This document shows, in pieces, positions 21,465 through 31,341 of a stretch of DNA of 64,000 bases (position 1 is the stretch's first letter; every line of letters begins with the position of its first letter). Source of the stretch: a candidate division WOR-3 bacterium (GTDB taxonomy: Bacteria; Hydrothermota; Hydrothermia; LBFQ01; DSFT01); assembly GCA_039802865.1 (NCBI GenBank), contig JBDRXL010000004.1, positions 3,768-67,767 of the forward strand, given 5' to 3'. Made by a program: the position numbers and the translations under genes. Under the pieces are notes generated by a model. The model did not search any database. It was not told where the DNA came from and saw nothing but the letters and a program-made list of their open reading frames with translations.

Positions 21465-23455
21465 TAACTAGCTATAAACTTATTTCTATACTTAAAATCT
21501 CCATTAATATCAATTATATAAATGCCCTTTTGAAGCTTTATGTTTATTTTGTTTTGTCCTCTGTTTAAATAAACATCCTTTTTAAAAAGCAATCTTCCAT
21601 CTATACTATATATTTTTATATAAGCACTTCCATTTGTGGGAGCATTAATACCTAATAAGTTTTTTGAAAATTTAACATAAAATATCCTTGACAAATTCTC
21701 ATTTGTTAAAAGGACATTACTTTCATCTATATAATGATTATAATAATCCGCCATTAAACCAACAGGTTCTTTTTGAAAGTTAAAATAAAATGTTTGAATT
21801 TGTAATGAATCAACATCAATAAATGTATCAATTTGAGTATTATCAGAAAACTTTATTCTTATTGGGAATTTTGGTATTCTAAATTTTGCCCAATTTGTAG
21901 ATTGAACTTGTTCTAAGGTAATATAAAGGTCATAACTTGAACCATTGAAATTCTTTGAAAGTGTAAATTTGAACTTTGGATGACCAGGCTTATATATCCA
22001 TTGATAAAAGAAATAACCAATAGCAGTATCCTTATTTTCTATATTTAAAAATTCCTTTATATCATTTTCAAAATCAACGATTCTTGCATATGAAAACTTC
22101 CTTTTATTTCCATAATAATTAAGAGCTTGAAAGAATTTTTGATCACCTATAGCACTATCATTATAAATTGCCCTAAATAAAAGTCTTAAAGCATGAAGCA
22201 CTGCAGAACCTTTACTATATGTTATTGCCCCATCGAACACATCACCAAGTGTTGGTCCAGGATTATAAATTGGCTTATTATAATCTCCATAATTAAGATA
22301 TCTTGAAATATCGCAATGAATTTGTCCCATATATCCTCTACAATTTCCTAGATCTCCATAACCCAAAGCATATTCATCATAAACAGCTTCTGAAAATGTT
22401 GCAAAACTTTCATTTATGAATATATCTTTAAAAGTTGCACATGTTACCATATCTCCCCACCACTGATGTGCAAGCTCATGAGCGCTTAAAACTTGATTAT
22501 TAGTAACTTTTGTAAATGTATTTGTTTGGTCTTCCATAGCCCCACCAAAGAAACCTTCAAATATCTCAACTTCCGCATATTTCTCATTATAAAATGGATA
22601 AATTCCATATACATTTGAAAAAATTGTAAGCATATTTGGTAAATATAATGATGGACTATTATTATTTGGTCCTAAGTAATGATAAACTGGCATGTTAATA
22701 TTATTATAACTCCATGTTTGAGTTTGGATATTAAATGAAGGTGAAGAAGCAAATACAATTAAATATGGAGCAATAGAATAACTTTCCCTATAATGATAAG
22801 TTATCCAGTTTCCTTCAATTATACTATCAATTAAAATACCATTTGCTATTGTCTTCCAATTATTTTTAACCTTTATTTTTGCTTCAACTGTTTCTGGTTT
22901 TTCATATGGTAAATCAAAACTTGGCAACCATCTTCTAAGCCCAAATGGCTCATTATCTGCATATATTATACTATTTTGCTTCAAATCCAACCCCCCTCCA
23001 AATGATGAACCACTTCTATTAACCGTTCCTTTATAATAAATTTCCACTTTAAATAAACTATCTTTTGGAATTTGTGAAAGAAATTTTATAATAATAAGTG
23101 TATCACCAGGCGTATAGTATGTGAAATTGGTTTGATAGCTATTATTATAAAAGAACTTAATAGAATCAATTGTTAAATTATTCTTAACAGTATCAGTCCA
23201 ATATGGTACAACATAATAACCTTTTATAAAATGCAAATGAATACTATCTGTTGGGTCTATAGCTTTTAAAGTTATTTTATTATAAGCATTTAAAATTGGT
23301 CTTGTATTTTGGGCATTTTTTACACTATCTATCCATATAAAGTAATCATATTTTATAACTTCAAAAGTTTTATATTCTACATCAGGCCAAGTATAGGATA
23401 ATATAAATTTTTCATTAAGGGTTTTTTCAGGGATAAAGCTCAAAAAGAAAAACAT
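21464..23455 (-). CDS. M1-family aminopeptidase with T9SS C-terminal sorting domain
   Basis: Gluzincin motif HELAHQWWGD...E and a GAMEN-like GGAMED. C-terminus ...IKLQKGIYIIDINGDFKYRNKFIAS is Por_Secre_tail-like. Confidence 0.8.
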   Translation of the reverse strand: MFFFLSFIPEKTLNEKFILSYTWPDVEYKTFEVIKYDYFIWIDSVKNAQNTRPILNAYNKITLKAIDPTDSIHLHFIKGYYVVPYWTDTVKNNLTIDSIKFFYNNSYQTNFTYYTPGDTLIIIKFLSQIPKDSLFKVEIYYKGTVNRSGSSFGGGLDLKQNSIIYADNEPFGLRRWLPSFDLPYEKPETVEAKIKVKNNWKTIANGILIDSIIEGNWITYHYRESYSIAPYLIVFASSPSFNIQTQTWSYNNINMPVYHYLGPNNNSPSLYLPNMLTIFSNVYGIYPFYNEKYAEVEIFEGFFGGAMEDQTNTFTKVTNNQVLSAHELAHQWWGDMVTCATFKDIFINESFATFSEAVYDEYALGYGDLGNCRGYMGQIHCDISRYLNYGDYNKPIYNPGPTLGDVFDGAITYSKGSAVLHALRLLFRAIYNDSAIGDQKFFQALNYYGNKRKFSYARIVDFENDIKEFLNIENKDTAIGYFFYQWIYKPGHPKFKFTLSKNFNGSSYDLYITLEQVQSTNWAKFRIPKFPIRIKFSDNTQIDTFIDVDSLQIQTFYFNFQKEPVGLMADYYNHYIDESNVLLTNENLSRIFYVKFSKNLLGINAPTNGSAYIKIYSIDGRLLFKKDVYLNRGQNKINIKLQKGIYIIDINGDFKYRNKFIAS

Positions 23456-23460
23456 ATTGA

Positions 23461-23497
23461 AATTTTAAAGCTTATTGAAACTTTAAAATTTTAAAAC
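23461..23497. promoter_or_regulatory. Paired palindromic elements in the 43-bp divergent intergenic region (M1 peptidase / trxB)
   Basis: AAATTTTAAAGCTTAT reads toward the minus gene as GCTTTAAAATTTCAAT-ATG. CTTTAAAATTTTAAAACT-ATG reads toward trxB. Confidence 0.5.
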
Positions 23498-23498
23498 T

Positions 23499-24422
23499 AT
23501 GGAATATGATATTATTATAATTGGAGGGGGACCTGCGGGATTTACAGCGGGAATTTATGTAGCAAGGGCAATGTATAAGGCTATAATTATAGAAAAGGGA
23601 GTAGCAGGTGGACAAGTTGCAATATCAGATATTGTAGATAATTATCCTGGATTTATTGAAATTAAAGGTTCAGAGCTAAGTCAAAAAATGTTAGAGCATG
23701 TAATGAAATTTGAAGTTCCAATAGAATATGATGAAGTAATTGACTTATGGAAAGAAGATAGATATTTTTATGTTAAGCTTTTAAGTGAAAAGATATTAAA
23801 ATCAAAAGCGGTAATTGTAGCAACAGGAGCAAGCCCAAGAAAGCTTAATGTTCCTGGAGAAATGGAATTTTATGGAAGAGGAGTTTCTTATTGTGCGGTT
23901 TGTGATGGAGCATTTTTTAGAAATAAAGTAGTCGCAGTAGTAGGTGGAGGAGATTCTGCATTTACAGAAGGTTTATATTTATCAAATATTGTTTCAAAGC
24001 TTTATTTAATTCATAGAAGAGACCAATTTAGAGCTCAAAAATTATATGTTGAGAGATTAAAGGAAAGAAATAATGTTGAATTTATTTTAAATACCGTAGT
24101 TAAAGAAATTAAAGGAGATAGAAAAGTTAAAGAAGTAATTCTCCAAAATGTAAAAACAAATGAGATATTTAACTTACAAGTTGATGGTATTTTTATTTAT
24201 ATTGGAATGGTGCCACAAAATCAAATTTTAAAAAATTTTAAAGAAATCAAATATGATGAAAGTGGATTTGTAATAGCGGATGAAACAACAAGAACACCAG
24301 TTGAGGGTTTGTTTGTTGCTGGTGATTTAAGAAGTAAGCATTTAAGACAAATTGCAACCGCAGTAAGTGATGGAGCTTATGCAGGAACCTTAGCAGTTGA
24401 ATATATTCAACATAATTTTTAA
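23499..24422 (+). CDS. trxB: Thioredoxin-disulfide reductase
   Basis: GGGPAG FAD motif, CAVCDG redox-active site and GGGDSA NADPH motif. Confidence 0.9.
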   Translation: MEYDIIIIGGGPAGFTAGIYVARAMYKAIIIEKGVAGGQVAISDIVDNYPGFIEIKGSELSQKMLEHVMKFEVPIEYDEVIDLWKEDRYFYVKLLSEKILKSKAVIVATGASPRKLNVPGEMEFYGRGVSYCAVCDGAFFRNKVVAVVGGGDSAFTEGLYLSNIVSKLYLIHRRDQFRAQKLYVERLKERNNVEFILNTVVKEIKGDRKVKEVILQNVKTNEIFNLQVDGIFIYIGMVPQNQILKNFKEIKYDESGFVIADETTRTPVEGLFVAGDLRSKHLRQIATAVSDGAYAGTLAVEYIQHNF

Positions 24423-24423
24423 G

Positions 24424-24440
24424 GCTTTAAAATTTCAATT
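24424..24440 (+). promoter_or_regulatory. GCTTTAAAATTTCAATT element immediately upstream of the sufS ATG (TAAAAT then 7 nt then ATG)
   Basis: The identical 17-mer precedes the lysS ATG at 53798-53814 and the 21464..23455 ATG. Confidence 0.5.
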
Positions 24441-25661
24441 ATGAATATAGAAAAAATAAGAAAAGATTTTCCATTTTTAAATAACAATTTTATTTACTTT
24501 GATAATGCTGCAAGCTCACAAAAACCAATTTATGTAATTGAAAAAATTAAAGAAATTTATGAAAATTACTATTCTAATGTTCATAGAGGTGTTTATAAAA
24601 TATCAGCAAAAATAACAGATGAATATGAAAGGACTCGTTTAAAAATATCAAAATTTATAAATGCTAAAAGCGAAAAAGAAATTATATTTACAAGAAATGC
24701 TACTGAAAGTTTAAATTTAGTCTCTTATATTTTATCTGATGAAATTAAAGAAGGAGATGAAATTGTAATAACAATTTCTGAGCATCATTCAAATTTGGTT
24801 CCATGGCAACAACTAGCTATAAGAAAAGGGGCAATTTTAAAATATATTGATGTTTATGATGATGGAAGATTAAATTTAGAAAATCTTGATGAAATTATTA
24901 CAAAAAAAACAAAAATTTTAGCAATAGGACATGCCTCAAATATAACAGGTATTATTCAACCAATAGAAGAAGTTATAAGTTATACAAGAAAAGTTTGTAA
25001 TGCTTATATTATAGTAGATGCATGTCAAAGTGCTCCCCATATTAAATTAGATGTTCAAAAAATTAATTGTGATTTTTTAGCATTTTCTTCTCACAAAATG
25101 CTTGGACCTACTGGAATTGGTATTCTTTGGGCAAAAGAAGAATTATTGGAAAAACTTCCACCATTTTTATATGGTGGAGATATGATTGATACTGTTGAAT
25201 TATACAAAACAACATTTAATGAAATACCTTATAAATATGAAGCAGGAACACCTAATTTTGTTGATGCAATAGCTTTTGGAATTGCTATTGATTATTTAAG
25301 TGAAATTGGAATGGATAATATATATAATCATGAACAAAAATTGCTTAAAGTAATGCTTGAAGAAATGTTAAATTTAGATTTTATTGAAATTTATGGACCA
25401 AAAGATATCAATAATAGATTATGTATTGTCCCTTTTAATGTAAAAAATTTACATCCCCATGATGTTGCATCATTTTTAGATTATAAAAATATATTTGTTA
25501 GGAGTGGGCATCATTGTGCTCAACCACTATTAAGAAGACTTAAAGCTTTTAATACAGTTAGAGCAAGTTTATATTTGTATAATACAATTGAAGAAGTTGA
25601 AATTTTTATAAGTGCATTAAAGGAAATTTATAGGTATGTTAAACTTCAAAAATCTCAATAG
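24441..25661 (+). CDS. sufS: Cysteine desulfurase, SufS subfamily
   Basis: PLP-lysine motif SSHKMLGPTGIG and SufS signature RSGHHCAQP. 406 aa. Confidence 0.85.
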   Translation: MNIEKIRKDFPFLNNNFIYFDNAASSQKPIYVIEKIKEIYENYYSNVHRGVYKISAKITDEYERTRLKISKFINAKSEKEIIFTRNATESLNLVSYILSDEIKEGDEIVITISEHHSNLVPWQQLAIRKGAILKYIDVYDDGRLNLENLDEIITKKTKILAIGHASNITGIIQPIEEVISYTRKVCNAYIIVDACQSAPHIKLDVQKINCDFLAFSSHKMLGPTGIGILWAKEELLEKLPPFLYGGDMIDTVELYKTTFNEIPYKYEAGTPNFVDAIAFGIAIDYLSEIGMDNIYNHEQKLLKVMLEEMLNLDFIEIYGPKDINNRLCIVPFNVKNLHPHDVASFLDYKNIFVRSGHHCAQPLLRRLKAFNTVRASLYLYNTIEEVEIFISALKEIYRYVKLQKSQ

Positions 25662-26028
25662 AATACTCTACAATTGAATTTAAACTTGCTCTTACAGAAC
25701 AATATTTATTTTGTGATAAAGAAACCGCCCTTTCAATTTTCTCTCTTTCTTTATCTAAATCTTTTCCATAAAACTTATAAATAAGTTTAATATATTCATA
25801 TTTTCTTGGATGCTCTTGTGCTCTTTTACCATCTGCAATAATCTCAAATCTATCATACTGGACTCTCATTTTATTTAAAATTTCAACAATATCTATACCA
25901 GTGCATCCAATTAGTGCCATAAGAAGAAGTTCCATAGGTCTTGGCGTATTCTCATCCATTATTAACTTTCTTCCTGTTTCACTCTCAAATAAAAAATTAT
26001 CATCTTTATATTCAAGTTTAACAATCAT
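25639..26028 (-). CDS. OsmC/Ohr family peroxiredoxin-like protein
   Basis: ELLLMALIGCTGIDIV motif with the conserved Cys. 129 aa. Convergent 23-nt overlap with sufS. Confidence 0.75.
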   Translation of the reverse strand: MIVKLEYKDDNFLFESETGRKLIMDENTPRPMELLLMALIGCTGIDIVEILNKMRVQYDRFEIIADGKRAQEHPRKYEYIKLIYKFYGKDLDKEREKIERAVSLSQNKYCSVRASLNSIVEYSIEIFEV

Positions 26029-26030
26029 CT

Positions 26031-26246
26031 TTACCTCCTTATAAGAAAGAAAATTAGAGTAAAAATCAAACTTAATATAATTGAAATTAAAATTGATGTG
26101 CCAAGCGGAAAGTAAAATGTAAAATTATCTTTTTGAATTAATATATCACCTGGCAGTTTAAACTTTGGAAAAAGAATAATTAAAAAACCAAATATAAGAA
26201 AAACAATTCCAATTATAATAAATAATTTTCCAAGTTCTGAAAACAT
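26031..26246 (-). CDS. DUF2905-family small membrane protein
   Basis: 71 aa with two TM segments and a central PGDI...FYFPLG signature. Promoter palindrome CTTTAAAATTTAAAATT-ATG directly upstream overlaps the stop of the upstream gene. Confidence 0.55.
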   Translation of the reverse strand: MFSELGKLFIIIGIVFLIFGFLIILFPKFKLPGDILIQKDNFTFYFPLGTSILISIILSLIFTLIFFLIRR

Positions 26247-26250
26247 AATT

Positions 26251-28314
26251 TTAAATTTTAAAGTATGAAAAAACTATTGATAAAGCAATTCCAAATAACC
26301 AAAAAGATAAAAATAATACGAACTTTTTATAGTCATAATGAAACTTTACTAAATGCTTACCCTTTGGAACTTCTATTGCCATAAATGTCCAATTCGCTCT
26401 TAAAATTTTAACTTCCCTATTATCAAGCTTTGCTTTCCAATAAGGATAATAACTATTACTTAAAACTAAAATTGCATCTTTATCACTTTCATATTCAATA
26501 AGAATTTCATTTGTTGTATATTTTAATATCTTAACAGGTTTATAAAACTCATTTAAATTATAAGTTTTTTTAGGCTCATCATTTAAATATACACACTCAT
26601 GCACTTTTAAATTTTTTACATTTGAAAAGAAAGTAGAACTATCTTTAATTACTTGTGCACAATAAACTAAATAAGCTCTTGGTAAATAATCTTTCAATTC
26701 TACAAAACCACTATCAGTTATATAATACTTAACATTTGCCATTTTTAATAAATTTTCAAACCCTTCTTTTCTCTTTACAATATGATCATAAAACTCTACA
26801 TAATATTTTGAAACAAGTGGATCATAACCTTCCGTTAATTCTATTTTATTTATATTACCCGAATTTCTTGGCAATATGATTCCTTTATAAAACCTTGCAT
26901 TTACCCTATATTCTCCTAAGTTATTAGCTTTTAAATATTCTACAAAATAAGGCTTATAATAGCTTTCAACATCACTATATCTTTCAATTTTAAAATAGCT
27001 ATTAAAGTTAATGTATATATCCAAAAATACCAAAATAGCAAGTGAATATAAAAATAAGTTTTCCTTTAAAATACCTTTTACAAAACCATAACTTAAAACA
27101 TACAATAATGCTAAAATTATTAAAAATTTAAAAATTTCTTCTCCATTTTCAGTTTGAGTTTTAAAGAAAAAGAAGAAAAGAAAAACAAGAATAATGAAAA
27201 GAACAATATAATTTAAAAGTCTTAAATTTTTATTTTTTAAGACATAATTTATTCCATAACAAGAAAGAATTGCTACTATAACTGGCATTAAAAATAAGGC
27301 TCTTGCAGGTGCTCTTAAACCTTTAATAACTCCACTCTCATATAAAACTTTTAAAATAGGATTTTGATCACCAAGAGCTAAAAAGAATAAAATTATTGAA
27401 GAAATAATTAAAGATAAAACAAATTTATTTTTATAGCTTGATAATGCTCCAATTATTGAAAAAATAATTCCAATTAAGGAAAAGTAAAATGTCATCTCTG
27501 TATAAAAATAATAAGGTCCAGCAGAATAATTATCATTCATAATTGAGCCATAAAAATTAGGTATAATAAAAGTAATAATTCTATCAAGATGAAATGACAT
27601 TTCAAGTAAAAATTTCAAATCACTTTCAACTCTCTTGCTTATATTAAATAAGTCAATACCTTGAAAATAATAAGAAAGAACAAATGGCATAAAAACAATT
27701 AAAAAGATAATAAATTTTAAAAAATACTTTCTATCTTCAAGAATTTTAAAAAAGTAAATAAAGAAGATAATTATAAGTAAATAAAATGGTTTTTGAGGAT
27801 GAACAGTAAAAGCAAATCCCATAAAAAGTGCAGAAATATGAGGTTTATCCAAAAAATAAAGAATTAATGGAATAAGTGGTATAAAATCATAAGTGTGTGG
27901 GTGAATTATTGTTAAAATATAACAACTTGAAAATGTATATATAAGGGCACTTATAACAGCAATTTCACTTTGAAATTTTAATTTATTTTTTACATAAAGA
28001 TAGAAAAATATAAGAGATAACAAATAGCTTAAACTTACAAGGATATTAAAAACATAAAGGGAATTATTAAAAATACCAATGAAGTTCCTTAAAATAAAAA
28101 TTGGATTTAATTCAAATAATTGAATATTGTTAATAAATGGAAGTGTAGAAAATAAATAAGGATTAAAAGCTGGAAAATTTCCATTTTTTAGATTTTCTGT
28201 AAGGAAATAGAACATTGGATAAAACTCTTCAATTGCATCATCAAATAAAGGCTTTCCTTGAAATAGTGGAAAGAAAAATAGAAACCAAAAAATAAGAAGT
28301 ATAAGATAATACAT
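26251..28314 (-). CDS. YfhO-family polytopic membrane protein (putative glycosyltransferase/flippase-like)
   Basis: 687 aa, more than 12 TM helices N-terminally and a C-terminal soluble beta-rich domain. Architecture is typical of YfhO. Confidence 0.5.
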   Translation of the reverse strand: MYYLILLIFWFLFFFPLFQGKPLFDDAIEEFYPMFYFLTENLKNGNFPAFNPYLFSTLPFINNIQLFELNPIFILRNFIGIFNNSLYVFNILVSLSYLLSLIFFYLYVKNKLKFQSEIAVISALIYTFSSCYILTIIHPHTYDFIPLIPLILYFLDKPHISALFMGFAFTVHPQKPFYLLIIIFFIYFFKILEDRKYFLKFIIFLIVFMPFVLSYYFQGIDLFNISKRVESDLKFLLEMSFHLDRIITFIIPNFYGSIMNDNYSAGPYYFYTEMTFYFSLIGIIFSIIGALSSYKNKFVLSLIISSIILFFLALGDQNPILKVLYESGVIKGLRAPARALFLMPVIVAILSCYGINYVLKNKNLRLLNYIVLFIILVFLFFFFFKTQTENGEEIFKFLIILALLYVLSYGFVKGILKENLFLYSLAILVFLDIYINFNSYFKIERYSDVESYYKPYFVEYLKANNLGEYRVNARFYKGIILPRNSGNINKIELTEGYDPLVSKYYVEFYDHIVKRKEGFENLLKMANVKYYITDSGFVELKDYLPRAYLVYCAQVIKDSSTFFSNVKNLKVHECVYLNDEPKKTYNLNEFYKPVKILKYTTNEILIEYESDKDAILVLSNSYYPYWKAKLDNREVKILRANWTFMAIEVPKGKHLVKFHYDYKKFVLFLSFWLFGIALSIVFSYFKI

Positions 28315-28739
28315 TATTTAAATAAATTCAATATCTCCTCATCACCTAACTCTTTTGCTAAGTCCAAAGGTGTTTCTCCTTTATTATTTTTAGCATTCTT
28401 ATCAGCACCAAATTTTATCAACTCCTTTATAACAAAATAATTTCCTTTTTTAATTGCTATATGTAATGGAGTATTTCCTTCATTATCCTTAACATTAACA
28501 TCTGCTTTATTTTCCAATAAAAACTTTATAATATCTTCATAATTATTTTCAACCGCTATATGCAATGGAGTTTTACCGTCTTTATTTTTGATATTTATAT
28601 CTGCTCCCTTATTTACAAAATCCTTTACTTTACTTAACTCACCTTTTGAAACACTTTCTAATAACTCTTGACTATATCCACTTTTATAAGCTTGATTACA
28701 AGAAATAACCAAAAGTATAAGAAAAATTAAACTTCTCAA
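28314..28739 (-). CDS. Ankyrin-repeat lipoprotein; TTG start 1 nt downstream of tRNA-Glu
   Basis: Three ANK repeats (GKTPLHIAVENNYEDIIKFLLENKADVN...). With TTG as initiator the N-terminus is MRSLIFLILLVISC, a lipoprotein signal with lipobox VISC. The ORF-track ATG at 28770-28772 lies inside the tRNA gene. Confidence 0.65.
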   Translation of the reverse strand: MRSLIFLILLVISCNQAYKSGYSQELLESVSKGELSKVKDFVNKGADINIKNKDGKTPLHIAVENNYEDIIKFLLENKADVNVKDNEGNTPLHIAIKKGNYFVIKELIKFGADKNAKNNKGETPLDLAKELGDEEILNLFK

Positions 28740-28811
28740 TGCCCCCAAGGGGAATCGAACCCCTGCCTCCACCTTGAAAGAGTGGTGTCCTAGCCGCTAG
28801 ACGATGGGGGC
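28740..28811 (-). tRNA. tRNA-Glu (anticodon TTC)
   Basis: Reverse complement GCCCCCATCGTCTAGCGGCTAGGACACCACTCTTTCAAGGTGG...GGTTCGATTCCCCTTGGGGGCA has the anticodon loop CTTTCAA and a T-loop GGTTCGATTCC. Confidence 0.85.
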
Positions 28812-28818
28812 AAGTTTG

Positions 28819-28843
28819 AAAATTTTAAAGCCTTAAAATTTCA
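28819..28843. promoter_or_regulatory. Double palindrome AAAATTTTAAAGCCTTAAAATTTCA between the tRNA-Glu 5' end and the divergent TTG-initiated M1 peptidase gene
   Basis: On the minus strand it reads GGCTTTAAAATTTTCAAACTT, ending 8 nt before the mature tRNA 5' G. On the plus strand CCTTAAAATTTCAAA ends directly before the TTG. Confidence 0.55.
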
Positions 28844-28845
28844 AA

Positions 28846-31341
28846 TTGTTAAACATAATTTTTTCCCTTGCAGACTTTCAGAATTTTATAAAATATGAAT
28901 TCTATGTAAAATTCATTGATTCACTTGATATTATTAAAGCACATCAAACAATATATTACATCAATAATTCAAAAGACACACTAAAACATATTGAACTTAA
29001 TTTATATGCTAATGCATTTAGACCAAATTCAAAATATAATCAAGATATTAAAAGAATAAGAAAAGTTAAAATAACCGAATTAGATAAAGCAAAGGAAAAA
29101 GAATTAGGATATATAAGAATTGATAGTTGTTCTGAAAAATTTGATACAAATGATATGTTTATGAAAGTTTATAAAACAATTTTACCAGGGGAAACTGCAA
29201 AGATTGAAATTAAATTTACATTAAAAATTCCTAAATTATTTGATAGACTTGGAAAAGATGAAGAGGAATATGAAATTACGCAATGGTATCCAAAAGTTGG
29301 AGTATATGATGAAAGGGGTTGGAGAACATATGGATATAGATATAATACGGAATTTTATGGAGATTATGCTGATTGGGAAGTTCATATAGAAGTTCCAAAA
29401 AATTATATTATAGGAGCAAGTGGATATTTAATAGATTCAACTATTTTAGACAGTATTAAAGTTTTACACTTTAAACTTGAAAAAGCACATGACTTTGCAT
29501 TTGTAATGAGTAAAAGATATAAAGTAAGAATATCTGAATTTAACAATATAAAAATTTATACCCTTTATTATTCAAATGATACATTATTTGCTAAATTATG
29601 CGAGCAACATGCGATAAATTCATTAAAAATGTTTAGCAATTATTTATATCCATATCCTTATAAAACATTAACTATTGTTGAAAGTCATTTAAGAGCGGGT
29701 GGAGGTATGGAATATCCAGCATTAATTTTAATTACAAATCCAAAAAGTTTAAGAAGGTTTGGAAGTTTAAGAAACTTCATGGATATAGAAAATTTAAAAG
29801 AATATTATACAGCAATTGTTGTCGCTCATGAAGTTGGACATCAATGGTTTTATGGAATTATTGGAAATGATGAAGCTTATGAAGCTTGGATGGATGAGGG
29901 TATGAATAGTTATCTTGAAAGTTATTATAATCAGAATTATTTTAGTTTGGATAGTATTTATAAGATGTTTGGAAAATTTTCAAAAATTATGAAATTTTAT
30001 TTAAATAATTATGATTTTAGACTTTTTAGTGATTACTTTGTATATTTAAATCCTTATGATGAGCCAATGTTAGGAAAACCTGCATGGGAAATGAAAAATT
30101 ATTGGCAAGTTTATAATAGGGGTAAAAACTTAATGTATGCCTTAAAAGATATTATGGGTGATAGTTTATTTGATTTATTATTAAAAGAATACTTTAAAGA
30201 ATATGCATTTAAGCATCCAAGAAGTGAAGATTTCTTTAATTTAGCAGAAAAAATTTCCCATTTAGATTTAAAAGAATTTCAAAATCAATGGCTATATTCA
30301 AAAGGATTACCAAATTATGGAGTATATAAAATTAAGGAGGGAACATTTCTAATAAAGGGAACTTATAATTATCCAATTTCTGCTTTAATTGATAATAAAA
30401 TTATAAAAGTTAAACCTGATACTATTATAAAAGCAAATAGTATTATTTTAGACCCATTTAATAGAACACTTGAAATAGATGAATGGGATAATACATATCC
30501 AAGAAGATTTGAAATTAAACCATTCTTTACAATTCCTAAAATGGGCTATTATCAAATTTCATTTATACCAATTATATTTTATAATCCCTTGGATAATTAC
30601 TTTTTTGCTCTTTACTTAAATGGTTCTGAAAGTTATAAAAGGCACTTTTTAAATTATGGTGGAAATACAAAAGGTGAATTTTATTTAAAATTTTCTGAAA
30701 ATTATTTCAATTCAAAAATTAAGTTTGTAAAAGGATTTTTTAGCTTTGAAACAGGAATTAAAACCAATTATATTAAAATTTTGCTCTTTAATCAATATAT
30801 TAACAATTTAGAATATCTTGATAGTAGTTATTTTGAGAAAATAAACAATTGGGGATTTGATATTAGTTTAAAATATAAATACTTTGAAAGTTTTCTAAAA
30901 TTAGCAAGAGATTTTAACAAAAATGAAAATTACTTTAAGTTTGGTTTTAATTACAAAAATCAATTTTTAGATAAAATTCAATTAAAGCTTTATTATCAAA
31001 GGATTTTAGGAAATTATCCAATCATTGAAAGAATTTATATAGATGGTGGATTTTTGTATCCCGATATATTTGAGATATTACTTCCATATAGTGGGAGTTG
31101 GTTTTATTCAAAATACATAGTATTTAATGATGGGATTTATTCAAAAAGAGGAGAAAATATATATTTTGATGAATTTATTTTAGGTGATATTAAATTTTCA
31201 ATTTTTCCTATGTTTGGCATTTATTCAACAATTGGCTATACTAATAAAATTTATTATGATTATGGAATTTATCTTAAAGTTTTTAAATTGGAGTGTAGAA
31301 TTTTTTATTCAAATAAAATCTCATTCATTTTTAGATTATAA
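28846..31341 (+). CDS. M1-family zinc metallopeptidase with long C-terminal beta-rich (barrel-like) extension; TTG start
   Basis: HEVGHQWFYG...E gluzincin motif at about residue 330. The last about 300 residues are Y/F/N-rich alternating strands ending ...YSNKISFIFRL. Confidence 0.65.
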   Translation: MLNIIFSLADFQNFIKYEFYVKFIDSLDIIKAHQTIYYINNSKDTLKHIELNLYANAFRPNSKYNQDIKRIRKVKITELDKAKEKELGYIRIDSCSEKFDTNDMFMKVYKTILPGETAKIEIKFTLKIPKLFDRLGKDEEEYEITQWYPKVGVYDERGWRTYGYRYNTEFYGDYADWEVHIEVPKNYIIGASGYLIDSTILDSIKVLHFKLEKAHDFAFVMSKRYKVRISEFNNIKIYTLYYSNDTLFAKLCEQHAINSLKMFSNYLYPYPYKTLTIVESHLRAGGGMEYPALILITNPKSLRRFGSLRNFMDIENLKEYYTAIVVAHEVGHQWFYGIIGNDEAYEAWMDEGMNSYLESYYNQNYFSLDSIYKMFGKFSKIMKFYLNNYDFRLFSDYFVYLNPYDEPMLGKPAWEMKNYWQVYNRGKNLMYALKDIMGDSLFDLLLKEYFKEYAFKHPRSEDFFNLAEKISHLDLKEFQNQWLYSKGLPNYGVYKIKEGTFLIKGTYNYPISALIDNKIIKVKPDTIIKANSIILDPFNRTLEIDEWDNTYPRRFEIKPFFTIPKMGYYQISFIPIIFYNPLDNYFFALYLNGSESYKRHFLNYGGNTKGEFYLKFSENYFNSKIKFVKGFFSFETGIKTNYIKILLFNQYINNLEYLDSSYFEKINNWGFDISLKYKYFESFLKLARDFNKNENYFKFGFNYKNQFLDKIQLKLYYQRILGNYPIIERIYIDGGFLYPDIFEILLPYSGSWFYSKYIVFNDGIYSKRGENIYFDEFILGDIKFSIFPMFGIYSTIGYTNKIYYDYGIYLKVFKLECRIFYSNKISFIFRL

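Noticed and set aside
28740-28772. ATG start at 28772 for the ankyrin-repeat ORF
   Set aside because: It lies inside tRNA-Glu (28740-28811). A TTG start at 28739 gives a canonical lipoprotein signal and avoids coding through a tRNA.
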